A stretch of DNA of 64,000 nt from Gracilinanus agilis (Eukaryota), in NCBI RefSeq assembly GCF_016433145.1, contig NC_058131.1:576279257-576343256 (forward strand), given 5' to 3'. A program made the position numbers and the translations under genes. The notes beneath the pieces are model-generated. The model saw only the letters and a list, made by a program, of their open reading frames with translations, had not been told where the DNA came from and made no database searches. This document shows positions 24,366 to 38,465 of this stretch, one piece after another. Every line of letters starts with the position of its first letter. Within the stretch, counting starts at the first letter, position 1.

Positions 24366-27300
24366 AACAAAACAAAACCCCCAAACCTTTTGGTGTCGTA
24401 GACAAACATCTAGGACCCCTTATTAGAATAATGTTTTTAATGTATAATATAAAATATTAACAAAAGGAAAATTATTATTGACATAAAAATGTATTTTTAA
24501 AATCTTCCATGAAGTCTTTCTATTACACTCACTGACCCTTGATTAAGATCTCCTTGGTAGAAATACCATGGTAGAAATGATAGAAATACCAGGGGACTTG
24601 ACTATATTATCTCAGTGATATGTGATTACACTTGTGTAGGTCTTCCCTTCACTACATGTCGATCATGATTCCTCCATGATTCAACAGGCAATTTTTGAGA
24701 CTATGCATAAAAAATTCCTCACCATAGTGACGAGTCTTTTCAGTCCTAGCAAGGATGGACTTTGGACAAAAGATGAACAGCTTTTTCCTTGGTCTTTTCT
24801 CAAAGTCTTTTATGCTTGGAAGAGTTTGCTTTCTGCTGGCGTAGCTTTCAAATAACCCATGTCACTCCACGCCATAGCAGAACTCTATCATAATATGCTT
24901 GTTATTACATGGGTTTGAACATAATGTGGGTCAGACTGTGTTCTCTGAAATAGCAGAAGCCTGGTCCATCCATAGAACTGTAGGATCATAGATTGGAGCT
25001 AGAAGAAACCATAGGACCATTGAATTCAAACCCCTCATTTTATAGATGAGAAAACTGAGGCATCAAGAAGCTAAAAGAGTCCTCATATCTTTCTGACTTC
25101 AAATCCATTCTACCATATTCTCTAAAAACAATATTATACAGGGATTCTCCCATGATTTGCATCTCAAGTCGATGTCAGCCATTTTCCCCACTGCTTTCTC
25201 TGTGAAAAATTTACAGTCACTTTGAGAAGATATTATATATATTTCTTTGAAAATGTCTCCTTAATCTGTCTACATTTTAGGAGATTCCCAGGGAGGCCCC
25301 CTAGACTCTGACACCCTGGCACCCATCTGGAAAGATTTCCATGCAGAGCTTCTGAATTGTAGTTCTTTCTCCTCTTCATTTTTCTGATCCAACTTGGGGA
25401 GATTGCACTAGACAAAGACTGGATAGAGACACTTTATCACCAGGACTATGTGGGCCTGTGCTTATCTGCTTGAAAATAGTAACTCCAAAATTATCAGCCA
25501 TAGCAGAACTCCATCATAATATGTTTGTTGTTACATGGGTTTGGACATAAACGGGGGTCAGAGTGTGCTCTTTGCATAATCTATAAAAACTCCCCCTTAT
25601 TATCTTCACCAAATTCAGTGAATAGCATTTATGAGTTTTTTAGATCTCTCTATTAAAATCAAAACTTCACTTAAAATATTCTTTGGGAAAGAGGACCCAG
25701 TTTTATATATATATATGGAAAGGCAAGAGAAAACTTGATGAAGTCAGGTCATACTAGGTAGATTATAAGATGCTTTCTGCCAGGAAAGTTGAGATTAGAA
25801 GAAGGGGAGGAAATAAAGGCCTGCCAAGTTCTAAGGTCAAGGAACATATGGGAAGCTGTGCTCATTAAAACAATTTATTAGGACAATTAGTCTGGAGCTA
25901 TAGAATGCAAAACTTAACCTTTCATTGCTTTTCTCATTCTGTCTTCCACTCCTTTTCCTACTTAATATCCCAACCCTTTCACCCTACATTTTTCCAGCTT
26001 AAGCCCTAAATTTGTGTTTTGTTACAAGAAGAGGCACCTTAGAGAAGAATGACTTGGGTATCAAGTCGTAAGGAAGAGTGACTCCACTTCAGAACCTTGA
26101 TACTTCAAGAGATCTGTCATTACATCAATTGTAGGTATTCTTGCCACGCAGGAAGGTTCCCTTCCTCCAGTAAATTCACCAAGTGCACTGGAGCCCTTTT
26201 TCCTCCTTCATTACATGTCTTACATACCAGTGCAACAGGGAGGAGAACAGAGGGAAATAATTACTGAGTTAAATCAAATTAAAAACATTTTCTGTATGTG
26301 CTCATTATCTACTGGATTCATAATTCAATGGTGCCCTTGTGACATATAGAAAAAAAGAAATACTAGTCCTTAATTAAGAGTTTTGGTTAGGTTTTAGTTC
26401 AAGCTGTTCCATGAGTTATCCCTATAGCCTTTGCTATGTGGGTATGTCACATCTCATCTTTCTGCCTCATTTTCCACATCTGTGAAATGGGGAATAATAT
26501 TTATAGTATTTGTCTCTCAGGGCTATTCTAAGTAATACAATAAGTCAAAGCATGTGAGTTAATTTACAAGTTTTAAAAGGATACATAAAAACCAGCTATG
26601 GTTTGTTTGTTTCTTTTTTTTTTTGTTGTTTTTTAAACACAAATTTCCTTTTTAATCATACTATAATGTGACGATAGTATCCCGGAGCCAGGCTCTAAAC
26701 TTAATCCCGAAGGAGGAGTTAGGGATGTTTTTTGCCCCTGAAGATCTCTCCACCCAGGAAGTAGGGAAACGTCAGTGTTGCGATAGGAGGGAAGCACAGA
26801 AATCACTTCTATGGGATGCTATCACTTTGGGGCAATCATTAGCATGCTAGTATGAATAAGGCAATACAGCAAGTGCTAACAGACAAAAAATATGGAATGC
26901 TTCACAAATTTGCATGTCATTGTTTTTTTCTTATTAATTTGAATAATGAATAATAAATAATGAATCCCCTGAAATAGTCACATTTTAAAAATTCATACTG
27001 TATACTTCCATTGGACAGAGCCAATAACCATATTCTACATCAGAGATATTAAACAAACAGCTTGGGACACCTTCATAACACTCCTTACTATGGCCCCAAC
27101 CAGATTAAAATATAATTGGGATATATTTAACAAAAATAAAATACAGATAATGTTTATATGTGGTTTTCTACACCAATATGTACCCATGGGTATCCTTATG
27201 TATAGTTTAGCATTTGGGTTAAACATCATCCTTCTATGCAAAGATAGATTCAGATAGTGAGAATCTGAACACACGCTATCCCTTCAGGGGATTTGTTATC

Positions 27301-27837
27301 CTCACAAGTAAGGACTTAGTTGTATTATTGTTAGAGAGATAGAAAGGCAGCTTGGTATAGCCAGTAGAGAGCTGACCTTGAGACTAGACAGACTTTGAAT
27401 CATGCCAATGGATTGGCTGGTTGATTCTAGACAAGTGACTCAATCTCTCAGTTCTCTAGGCTACTCACTAAGTCTACACATTGGAGAAGTGATGACTTCC
27501 ACTGAAATATTCTCACGTGGCAATCCCCTATCTCAAATGAAATCACAGGTCCCATCCCTCTCCCTATCATGGTTATTGTTAAGTCATTTTCAGTCATGTC
27601 CAACTCTTGGTGTCGCCATTTGGGGTTTTCTTGTGTGTAATTAGGATTTTGTACCCCAGGACTCTATTTCCCAGAATCTCACTTTTGTCCTTACGTGACA
27701 TCCTTACATTTTAGAAATAAAGTTTCAGCAACCCTGCCCTCTCTCTCTTTTCTCCTGTTAACGCAGTTGGGAAAATATAATACTTGGAGTTATTGGATAT
27801 TAATTTAAATCTTACATTTCACAAAGATATTAGAGAG

Positions 27838-28368
27838 GTTTGCCATGTTCTTCTCTAGTTCATTTTACAGGTGAGGAAACTGAGGCAAACAGGGTTAAAT
27901 GACTAGCCCAGAGTCACCCAACTAGTAAGTATCTGAGACTAGATTTGAATTCAGGAAGATGAATCTTCCTGACTCCAGATCCAGAACTCTATCCACTGTG
28001 CCACCTAGCTGCCTCCTCCTTATTATTGTTATTATCTGTAAAATGTGCTAATGGGACCAAAGGCAGCATTGGGTTGAACTAAACCAGACTAAAATACATT
28101 CCTTCTGACTCAGAGCCTCAGATTCTTTGATTATCTGCCACAGGAATTGTTGTTCAATTGCTTCTGACTCTTCGTGACCCCATTTGGGGTTTTCTTAGCA
28201 AAGATACTGGAGTGCTTTGCCATTTCTTTCTCCAGTCCATTTTATAAATGAGGAACTGAGGTAAAATGTTAAGAGACTGGCCTAGTCTGAGTCCAGATTT
28301 GAACTCACGAAGATGAGTCTTTCTGATTCCAACCTTAGTGCTCTATCTACTAGACCACTTGGCTGCTC
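27838..28368 (-). mobile_element. Two MAR1/MIR-core SINEs (~27838-28012 and ~28140-28368)
   Basis: cattttacaggtgaggaaactgaggcaaacagggttaa cores. Confidence 0.8.
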
Positions 28369-28747
28369 CTGGGGTAGAAAGGGCAGGTACCATCCCAGTT
28401 TTACAGATGAGTAAACTGAGGTTTGGAGAGGTTAGACTTGCCTATGATCATATAACTAGATAGTATCTAGAGGAAGGATAGGAACTGAATTTCCAGCCTC
28501 CAGTGCTGAATTCTTTACCCCACAGTGCCTCTGAGAAGTCATAGTATCATAGTATCAGGTCAGAAATTGAGTTCCAGTGGCAAAGGCTTTAGAAATCCAG
28601 TCCTTCCCTCTCCTCCCCACTTCCCACAACAATGCAGAGCCTGCTTCATTTTTCCTCTCCATCCCTAGCAACTAGCACAGGGCTTGGCATATATTAGCCC
28701 CTTAATAAATGCTTGTTGGCATTGGAATGAAGCTAGAGCACGACTTT

Positions 28748-28998
28748 TGTTGTTCAGTCATTTTAGTTGTATCGGACTCTCCGTGGCCCCATTTGGGGTT
28801 TTCTTGGCAAAAATACAGGAGCGATTTGCCATTTGCTTCTCCAGCTCATTTTACAGGTGAGAAAACTGAGGCAAACAGGGTTAAGTGACTTGTCAGAGTC
28901 ACAAAGTAAGTATCTGAGGCTGGATTTGAACTCACAAAGATGAGGCTTACCTGACTCCAGGACCAATGCTCTATCTACTATTATCCCGCCTAGCTGCC
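28748..28998 (-). mobile_element. MAR1 SINE
   Basis: gttgttcagtcatttt...ccccatttggggttttcttggcaaaaatac...ctagctgcc. Confidence 0.85.
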
Positions 28999-29844
28999 TG
29001 AGAAGCACTGGGGTAGATGATGTTACTCTTGATATTTTGAACTGGACCTGTTTTTTTCCCATTGGCATAGGAGGCTCCTGATAAGGAAGCCTTCTCTTAC
29101 CAGTACAGGCCATCCCTTATTCTGTAGTTATCATCTTAGAGATTTCCCTGGGACATGGAGTAGTTAAAGTGACTTGTCCATTGCCAGACAGTCAGTAGGT
29201 ATCAGAGGCTGAGCCTAAGTCTTCCTGACTCCAAAGCAAGCCCTCAATCCTCTGCCATACTGCCTCTCAGTGGATTATTATTATTATTATTAGCAATAAT
29301 AACATATGCTTTTAAGGTTTACTAAATGCTTTCCTAATAGTGACCCAATGGGGTTGGTAGTATAGCATCTTTATGCTCATTTTACAGATGAGAAAATTGA
29401 GACTTATCACATAGCTAGTAAGTCTCTAAGGAGATATTTGAGCCTAGGAGGCCTGATTCTAAGTCCAGAGATACTACAGTAGCTCTAGCAAGTAGGACCT
29501 ACTAGAAATTGTTTTCTAATGACATGGCTTTCAAGAGCCCTAGAAACCCCATGAGCAAAATTGGGATTTTGACCTAAGGTCTCCTGACTTCCAAATTATA
29601 TACCCTGTTGTCTCTCATTGCCCCCATTTTATAGGTGAGGAAACAGAGACTCCAGGGGGTTTAAATGACGTTTCAGAGAACACATTGGACTTGAACCCAG
29701 GCCTTCAAACTCCTCAACTAGATCTTTCTATCCTTACCACAAATCACCTGTGCTTACAACATGAGTGAGACTATCTGGGCTACCCCCAAGAGGTTTATGA
29801 TCCTTACTAAGTCTCGAGAGAATTCAACAAATGAGACAAACTGG

Positions 29845-30676
29845 AGAGACAGACAGACAGACAGACAGAGACAGGGACAGAGACAGAGACAGGAACAGAG
29901 AGACAAGGAAAGAAATAGAGACAGAGAAAGGGACAGAGAGATAAAAGACAGAGATTGAGAGAGAGAGGAACAGAGAGCGACAGAGAGACAGACAGACACA
30001 GAGACAGAAAGACAGAGATAGAGACTGACATAGAGAGGGACAGAGATAGAGACAGAAAGAGGGANNNNNNNNNNNNNNNNNNNNNNNNNNNNNNNNNNNN
30101 NNNNNNNNNNNNNNNNNNNNNNNNNNNNNNNNNNNNNNNNNNNNNNNNNNNNNNNNNNNNNNNNNNNNNNNNNNNNNNNNNNNNNNNNNNNNNNNNNNNN
30201 NNNNNNNNNNNNNNNNNNNNNNNNNNNNNNNNNNNNNNNNNNNNNNNNNGGACAGAGACAGAGAGAGGGACAGAGAAGGACAGGAACAAAGAAAGAGAGA
30301 AAGAGTCANNNNNNNNNNNNNNNNNNNNNNNNNNNNNNNNNNNNNNNNNNNNNNNNNNNNNNNNNNNNNNNNNNNNNNNNNNNNNNNNNNNNNNNNNNNN
30401 NNNNNNNNNNNNNNNNNNNNNNNNNNNNNNNNNNNNNNNNNNNNNNNNNNNNNNNNNNNNNNNNNNNNNNNNNNNNNNNNNNNNNNNNNNNNNNNNNNNN
30501 NNNNNNNNNNNNNNNNNNNNNNNNNNNNNNNNNNNNNNNNNNNNNNNNNNNNNNNNNNNNNNNNNNNNNNNNNNNNNNNNNNNNNNNNNNNNNNNNNNNN
30601 NNNNNNNNNNNNNNNNNNNNNNNNNNNNNNNNNNNNNNNNNNNNNNNNNNNNNNNNNNNNNNNNNNNNNNNNNNNN
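29845..30676. repeat. Compound (GA)/(GACA) microsatellite with two assembly gaps (30065-30249, 30309-30676)
   Basis: gacagacagagagacagggacagag... repeats and N runs. Confidence 0.95.
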
Positions 30677-31749
30677 TGAGTCTTGCCTAAGGTTACATCA
30701 TGCTGATCAAACACTGGAGTCTATTTCCATTGTCTGCCTCAGCACTCTAGATAAGTGTACAATGATACTTGACATTTCTGTGCTGTATCACGTTTGTCGC
30801 CCCTATCACCTTTCATCCAAAGTGCTTTACCAATATTATAACCAATAAATGAGGCGCATCCACGACAAGCCTCCTGGTCCCTAGGCCAGTACAGTGGGCC
30901 TTCACAACTACAATTTAGTATTCGTTGGGAGCCAACACACTGCATTCTTCTAAAATATCTCTGCAGGATTGTGCTTCAGAAAGTGCCGACTTGGGGACAA
31001 AGCCCAGGAAGTAGGGACTCAGTAAGGAGGGTTAAGGGACTATTTAAAAAATCTTTCTAGGTACTCTTATGTGGTTAAGACAGAACTGTAGACTTGCATC
31101 ACAAACTACAACAAAGTTGATGTGACACAAAGTGAAATCCCAGGGTTTCCCCCCTTTCTTGGTAAAATCAACAAGCTCTTCCCCAACCCCCACCCCTGAC
31201 TCCCACCCTGGAGCTACCAGAGAATCAAACTTTCCTTCCACATCCCAGCACTGTTCCCAGTATACTTTGCAGGCTAGACATATGGCTCTTACTTCCCACG
31301 GTCTGTGGTCTGTTTCCTTATAAATATTCCAAGGTGGAGGAGCCAGTGGGTGATTGATTTACAAGGAGGTATCACTTCATCCAGTTGTCCAAGCGGTGGC
31401 TGACACCACTCTCTTTAACTTCGTTTGCATTTTCTATTTTGGATTAGGATAGGATGATTTACCAAACTCTGGAAAGTTTCAGCTTAAACTTGGATAAAAA
31501 TGCTGCTGCTGCTTTTTTTTTTTTTTAAGTTCAGAGTGAACAGATTTTTTTACGACCCATTTTAAATTGGCAGAGTAAGTTATTATGACGACTAAAACAA
31601 ACTCAACCACTGTCCTGGGAAAGTGGTAAATGTGTAAAGCCTTCCATGTATACAAACACACATGATGTAGGAGCTTCCTAAACACGGATGAGTTTGTTTT
31701 CCACTCCGAACCCTGCTTTAGCATGGAGAGAGAGCTAAAAAAGAAGGAA

Positions 31750-33400
31750 AATCTGTTTTGCCTACCACTGCCAAATTCATCTTCCTAAAGCACAATTTTA
31801 ATCATGCCATTTCCCTGCTAAAAAGCCTTCAGTCATTCACTATTATCTATATGTTAGTCTGGCATTCAAGGCCTTCTACCATACAGACTGAACTTACTTC
31901 AGGCTTACCATCATATGCTAAGCTTTTACTCCAGAAAAGTGGTCTGTTGTAAATAAATAAAATTAAATTTAAAAAACCATAGCAAATTTCATTCCTTTAT
32001 TCCTACCATTCATGAAACCTAATTAGAATATCTTTACTACCCTTATCTTAATTTGACTTGTCCTTGAAGGTCCAACCTTCTTCTTCATGCCTTCCCCAAA
32101 TACCCCAGCTAAAAGAGATTGCTCCCCTTCTTTGAATTGCCTCTACCATGCACTTGGCACTTAGCATCTACAACCATGTGCTGTTGGTTATCTTTTTAGA
32201 GTTCATTCATTCAACAAAATATTTATGTGCAAAGTGGAGATTTCGGATGAGTAATCTGTCTACAATGTGTAGGATGGATCACTGGGGAGAAAGACAGGAA
32301 GGGGTAAGGAGAAGAGGTGAGGACCTGGACTAGGAGGCACGGAAGACAATAAGTAGGGGAGAGAAGCAGTAAGAAGGGAAAACGTGGTGGGACTTGGAAA
32401 CTTGGAAAAGCTTTATTGGGGACAGGGGAAGAATGAAGGTTAAAGTTGCCTCAGGTTTCAAGCATGGAAATATGAGTATTACTCAGTTCAACAAACATTT
32501 ATTAAACATCTGCTATGTGAAATAACTGGAAAGACTAGTGAATTTGGAGTCAGAGAACCTAGGTTTAAATCAAAGTTTTGCTACTTGTTACTACCTGTGT
32601 GGCCTAGAATTAATCACTTAACCTCTCTGAATCTCAGTTTCTTTTTCTGTAAAATGAGGGAGCTGGACCAAATGACTAGTAAAGTCCCTTCTATCATGCA
32701 ATGGGCAAGGCATTGTGCTAGATGCTCAGAATACAAGGTTAATGTGCACATAAGTAACTTACATACTATTGGGAGGCATAACATAGAGACAGATAAATGT
32801 CTAGTAAAGTCATTTGAGAGGGGCTTGGGGTAATATTCATGAAGGGAATGACACTTAGACAGAGGCTTAAAGAAAGCAAATTATTTAAGGCAAAGATGGG
32901 GAAGAATGCATTCTAGTCATGGGGGGCCAGCCTACATGAAGGCATAAAGATAAGAGATGAAGTGGTAAATTTAGCAACTGACAAAAATTGGGAAGGCTGA
33001 CTGGTAAACTGAATTTTGGGGGAAAGATAATGAAGTTTAGCTTAAACACGTTAAATTTGGGGTGGCATTAGGGCACCCAGGGAGAAAGCTAGTAGGTAGT
33101 TGGAGGTGAGGTAGGGAATTAGGAGATACAGATTTTAGAGTTGGATGTTTAACCACTAGGGGGAACTTCTGGCCACTTAGTTGATCTTGTTCAATAATAA
33201 GGACCAGGCATTGGAAATTCCCAATGGTTATACACTTCACTCCACACTAGAGGGCATTTAGAAGGAAATGCCAAGCTCTCTGTAATGTCACATGCATCTA
33301 TTGTTTTTGTTCCAGACTCATTCTTCCCACTTCCATCTCTCCAATAATTCCTAAATAATTCCAGAGCCAAGGCTAGCATGCTAAATTAGTTTTGTGCATT
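31750..33400. mobile_element. Fragmented L2 relics with a MIR insertion (~32520-32690)
   Basis: L2 3'-end motifs (attcattcaacaaaatatttatg; ttcaacaaacatttattaaacatctgctatgtg). Confidence 0.6.
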
Positions 33401-34026
33401 ACAGAGGCTGAATTTTAAGAGAAAGAAGTGAACAAACAAAACACATTCTCAATGGAGAAGAAATTATCAGCATAGGCAATGGAAATATAGAAGCCAATAA
33501 TTTTCTGTCCAAAGAAAGCATAAAGGGGTATTCTTGGTTAGATATTAGAAAGAGGAAAATTAATCAGGACCTTCTGATTTGGCTCTGAAGCAGGCTGTTT
33601 CACCCCAGCAAACCACTTTGGCCATACCTCACAATATTGGTTGTTCTTGTCTTTCTTGATATAAATGCTGAAGAGGAAATAAATTGGAGATTTTAACGGT
33701 ACTTCATGCTTGTCTGTCTCTCAGTTGAGAGCACATCTGCTATTCTTGAACCCTCTTTCTCTCCCTCATCTTTCACTTCTGTTTTCTAGAACTTTCTTAG
33801 AATCACTTCTTATCAATACAAATAAAGCTTCTCTCTAACACATCTAATGCTGATCATTCTATGAATTCTTTTGCCTGCAAAGCAGGACTACATGGAATTG
33901 TACTTTGATGCCTTTTCATTGGTAGTAGAGTAATGGACTAGATTAGACAAGGTGCAGCAAGGTGGTACAATGGATAGAATGCTGGGCCTAGAGTCAAGAA
34001 GAACTGAATTAAAATTTGGCCTCAGA

Positions 34027-34228
34027 GTGGGTAGCTAGATGGCTCAATGGATTGAGAGCCTGGCCTTGAGACAAGAGGTCCTAGATTCAAATCTGGCCTC
34101 CCACCTTTCCTAGCTGTGGGACCCTGGGCAAGTCACTTAACCTTTATTGCCTACCCTTACCACTCCTCTGCCTTGGAATGAATACACAGTCTTGATTCTA
34201 AGGAAGGTAAGGGTTATAAAAAAATTTT
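34027..34228 (+). mobile_element. SINE1_Mdo-like SINE nested in a MIR-like SINE (33955-34730)
   Basis: Consensus match; tttggcct(c/t)aga duplicated on either side. Confidence 0.85.
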
Positions 34229-34244
34229 TTTTGGCCTTAGATAC

Positions 34245-34553
34245 TATTAATATGAAAAATGATAAAGGCTGGTATAAATATATATATTAGTATTTTAATT
34301 AAAGCCATGCTGATAGATAAAATCATTAGACCACGCGCTTGTAAGCATTCAAAACTGCCGCCACCTCCATTACTCTCTCCACCACCTAGCCAAGCCCCTA
34401 CCGGCAAAAAAAGACCACTTCCTCCTAACCCAGGAGATTTAAACCCTTCCCTGCGTCAAGACGTAAGCCTTCCCAAGCCCCAAAACCGGAAACGGAAACC
34501 CGTTGGACCACGGGAAATGTAGTTTGATACATTTCCCAAATTTCACTTTTACA
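34245..34553 (-). mobile_element. Short CpG-rich solo LTR (309 bp)
   Basis: Reverse complement starts TGTAAAAGTG; 4-bp TSD ATAC at 34241-44 and 34554-57; homologous to 38466-38781. Confidence 0.9.
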
Positions 34554-35854
34554 ATACTTCTAGCTATGGGCAAGTCACTTATCCTATGTTTGCCTCAATT
34601 TCCCCCTCTGTAAAATAGACATGATAATAATAATACCTACCTTCTAGGGTTGTGAGAATCAAATGAGATAATATTTGTAAAGCACCCAGCTCAGTGCCTG
34701 GCATATAGTAAGAGCTTCACAAATGTTAATTATCATTAACTATTATTATTCAAGCTTAGGCCCAGGCACAGACTTATTCTTCCTCTGCCTACCATTTTTC
34801 CTTCTTGTCCTTGAGCTTGTTGTCTCTTCTTTACCCTGACCATTGTGTTCTAGTTCAGTGTGAGCCCCAAGTCAATCTCTCTCTCCCAATTTCCCCTCTC
34901 CTCTCATGTCTTTTAGTATTAGAAGTTTTGAACATAAGATTAAATCTAAAGTTTCATGAATGGGACAGACCCTGCCCACAACTTATTCCCTTCTCTTCTC
35001 ACCCCATTTGGAGCTGAGGAGGGAACTATTTTTTGCTTTATTTTCATAAATATACATTTGAGATGAAAAGTTGTGGCGACTTTTTTGCAACCCCCACAAT
35101 GGCTAGGATAGAGTAAGGGCTTGATAGTTACTAAATGACTGAGGAGACAGAAAAAAAATCAATGCTACCATTTTCTGGAATCATTCATTTCCTGAACCAT
35201 CTCCGATTACATTGTTAAGTACAGAGATGTCTTATAGAGCTGGAAGTTAACCTTCAGATGAAAATATATAAAGAGAAAAGAAAATCAAAGGAAAGGAAAG
35301 GAGAAGCCAGTTATGAGGGAGATTGATAGAGGTTCTGGTGCTCATGAAAAATTGTGAGATAGAACAAAAGAGACAGCAAAACTAAAAAGTTGAATTATAC
35401 AAGCATTTGTCCTTATTGCATTTCTGTCCTCTGACACCCTCATCTCTAGATTTCAACCATGACCAGATAATTTCTAAAAGGTAAAATGGGTCATCAGAGG
35501 CAGAGCTTCTAGGGGGTGGCATCAAAACCTCCGCAGAAAATACCAAAAAATATATATTCCATGTGAAATCTCTAGAGACAAGGTCATTAAGGGCAATGTG
35601 GTATAGTGGAAAGAGAATAGTATCTGGGGTCAGGAGAGAGCTGGGTTCACAATTAGCCTTTGTTTTTTCCTGTGTAACTATGGGTTGTTCTCTTAACCTC
35701 TCTTGGCCTTATTTCCTTTGTCTATAGAAATAAGGATAGTAATTCCTGTAATAGAAAGCTAGGTTGATACAGTGGATAGAGCACAGGCCTTGGAAACAGA
35801 GATACTCATCTTCATGAGTTCAAATCTGGTCTCAGACACTTACTCGCTGGGTGA

Positions 35855-36586
35855 TGTAAAAGGGCAAAATTATGGTTTTGGCTGGATATTAATATTTAAA
35901 TGAGTGGTCATCATAGAATTGAATACATATCAATTCTAAAATGATTTTTAGTAATTTATTTGTAAAATATAGGAGAGAGTGAAAGTAGAGAAATGAGAAG
36001 AGAACAGACTAAGAGATTTAGCTTAATGAGCTAGACTATGTGCTCAATACCTGGCTTTACTCTGGTAGGGCTCCAGAGGTCCCAGCCTGAGAGCCTAAAA
36101 GTCAATTAACAAGGGTTTTAGCCACGAGGGTTCCTTCCAATCAAGGGAGCCTCTAGAGGCTGGTACCTCCAGAGAAGCTAAGAGAGTCAGCCTCTTTCAC
36201 TTACCACATGTAGTTCTAAGGGAGAGATTTAAGAACAGTCCCACCAAGTCCAAGGTCCCAGCCAGAGCTCCTCCAGGTCCAGTTCCAGGCCAAAGAGAAG
36301 AATACCCACTTGAGCTTCAGCTCCAGAAACCAAACAAGAACTGTCTTACAGGAAGTTGTTGCTCTCTTTTTAAGGTGCTTCTTTTGCATCACTTCCTGTG
36401 CCTTCCTCTTAGTTTACGTGTCCAATCACAACAAATACTTTGCTTAGGACTGCCTAGGGGGAAGTCAGTCAATTCTGATTTGTCACCCACTTTTGCACAG
36501 TCCCACTTGTGAATTAAGTGGTATTGTTTAGACCTTTGGTGATTAAATCTAAAAATGGGCAGGGTAGGTTTAATCTCATTATCATA
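35855..36586 (-). mobile_element. ERV1-type solo LTR (732 bp) splitting a MAR1 SINE (35757-36745)
   Basis: tgtaaaag...attatcata termini; 4-bp TSD GTGA at 35851-54 and 36587-90; AATAAA and GGTAAG donor on the minus strand. Confidence 0.85.
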
Positions 36587-38465
36587 GTGACCAAAAACAG
36601 GGCAAATCGTTTAACCCTATTTGCCTCAGTTTCTCATCTGTAAAATAAACTGAAGAGGGAAATGACAAATCACTCCAATATCTTTGCCAAGAAATCCTCC
36701 AAATGGGGTCACATGGAATCAGACACAACTGAACAACAACAACAATGCCTGTCACACCTCACAGAGTTGTTCTGAGAATCAACCACACCAATGTGTCTAA
36801 AGTAGCAATTTTTAAACCTTTAAGTATTATACAAGAGTCGACTTAAAAAATTTTTTTTAATTTTTCACTAACCGTACATTAATTTTCTTTCCCCAGCACT
36901 CCACAGTTTCAAAGAACAACAAAATCCTCTTAACAAATAGCAGTATTGTTACTCTAAAATGCCAAAATACATCTTTGCATGGTTCACTTGAGTGTAAACT
37001 TGCAGAGCAAGGGCACCATGTATAGAAATTCCATTCCATCCCATTCAATAGATTATTCTTTTGAAAGGTGATATGTGTGTGTGTGTGTTACAAAGAATAA
37101 ATCAATGGAACAGCCAGATAGCACATTGGATAGGGAATCAGACCTGAAGTTAGAAGGACCTGATTTTGACATATAATTGATCACATGGCTCAATGGGGAC
37201 ATGATTGGGGATGTTGACTTTAATTGATCACTCTATTACAAATATTAATAATATGGAAATAAGTTTTGAACAATGATATATATAAAATCCAGTGAAATTG
37301 CTTGTTGGTTCTGGGAGTAAGGAGGAGGGGAGGGAAAGAATATGAATCATGTAACCATGGGAAAATATTCTAAACTAATTAATTAAATAAAAATGAAAAG
37401 ATGGGGGGAAAAGGACCTAATTTTAAATCTGGCCTGAGACACTTCCTATCTGTGTGACCCTGAACAAGTCACTTAACTCTGATTGCCTAGCCCTTGCTAC
37501 TCTTCTGTGTGAATCAATATTAAGAGAGAAGGTAAGAGTAAAAAAAAAGAATAAATCATGATCCCTCTTCTTATGGAGCTTGTAATCCAGTAATATTCTA
37601 GTGGCCTTGCAAGGTATTTGAGAACAGCATGTCCAAACATATTACACTTTATTTAGAGATAGTGTAAGTAGCACTTGAGTATCCTTATCATCAGCATGAT
37701 GAAAATGGCTATAAATTTTCTAGCTGGTTTAGCAGGAGTAAATTGGGGCTGAAAGTTCTCTAGTTAGCAGTATAGTATAATGGAAAATACATAGCCCTGG
37801 GAATCAGGAACCCTGTGTACTAGATCCAGCTTTGCTACTTCTTAATTGTATTGCCTTGGATAAGTTATCTAGTATCTCTGGATTTAAGCTTCCTTATCTA
37901 TAAAGTGAAGAGTTCCAGACTAAACTATCCCTAGGGGTACTTCCATTTTTAACGCTCCATTCTAAATTCCTTTCTATTCTAATTCTATCCTGAGTTCATC
38001 AGCAATGTTCCCACTATATTAGTCCAGTGTGGTTGGACATGACCAAATGATAACAACTAGAAAAGAATAATAAAAATTATGTAACATTTATTTAAAAATT
38101 GTAAAATGCTTTTATTTAAAAAAATTTCCCAAATTTTACAAAACCAAATAAAACAAGTATTTCCATAATCAAAGAAAAAGATTATACATCAATGAAATCA
38201 CAAAACTCTAATATGTTTAGTTTGCTTTTTTCATAACTACACAATAAATCCCACATGAGACTTTTAAATCTTTTTTGCTTATCTATGTTTCCTTCTGGAT
38301 ATCCCATTCTCTTCTTTCTTTGAAAAAACTTATTGGGACAGCTGGCTGCTTCAACAGTTTGAGAGCCAGACCTAGAGACGGGAGGCCTTGGGGTTCAAAT
38401 CTAGTCTCAGACATTTCCTAACTGGGTGACCCTGGGCAAGTCACTTAACTTCCTTTGCCTAGCCC

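Noticed and set aside
25281-25387. Acceptor followed by GDSQGGPL, resembling the serine protease GDSGGPL motif
   Set aside because: It has an extra Gln, lacks the following Cys and SWG, stops early, and no other protease exons are visible.
29754-30848. Long ORFs (296-297 aa and others)
   Set aside because: Artefacts of GA/GACA microsatellites and N gaps.
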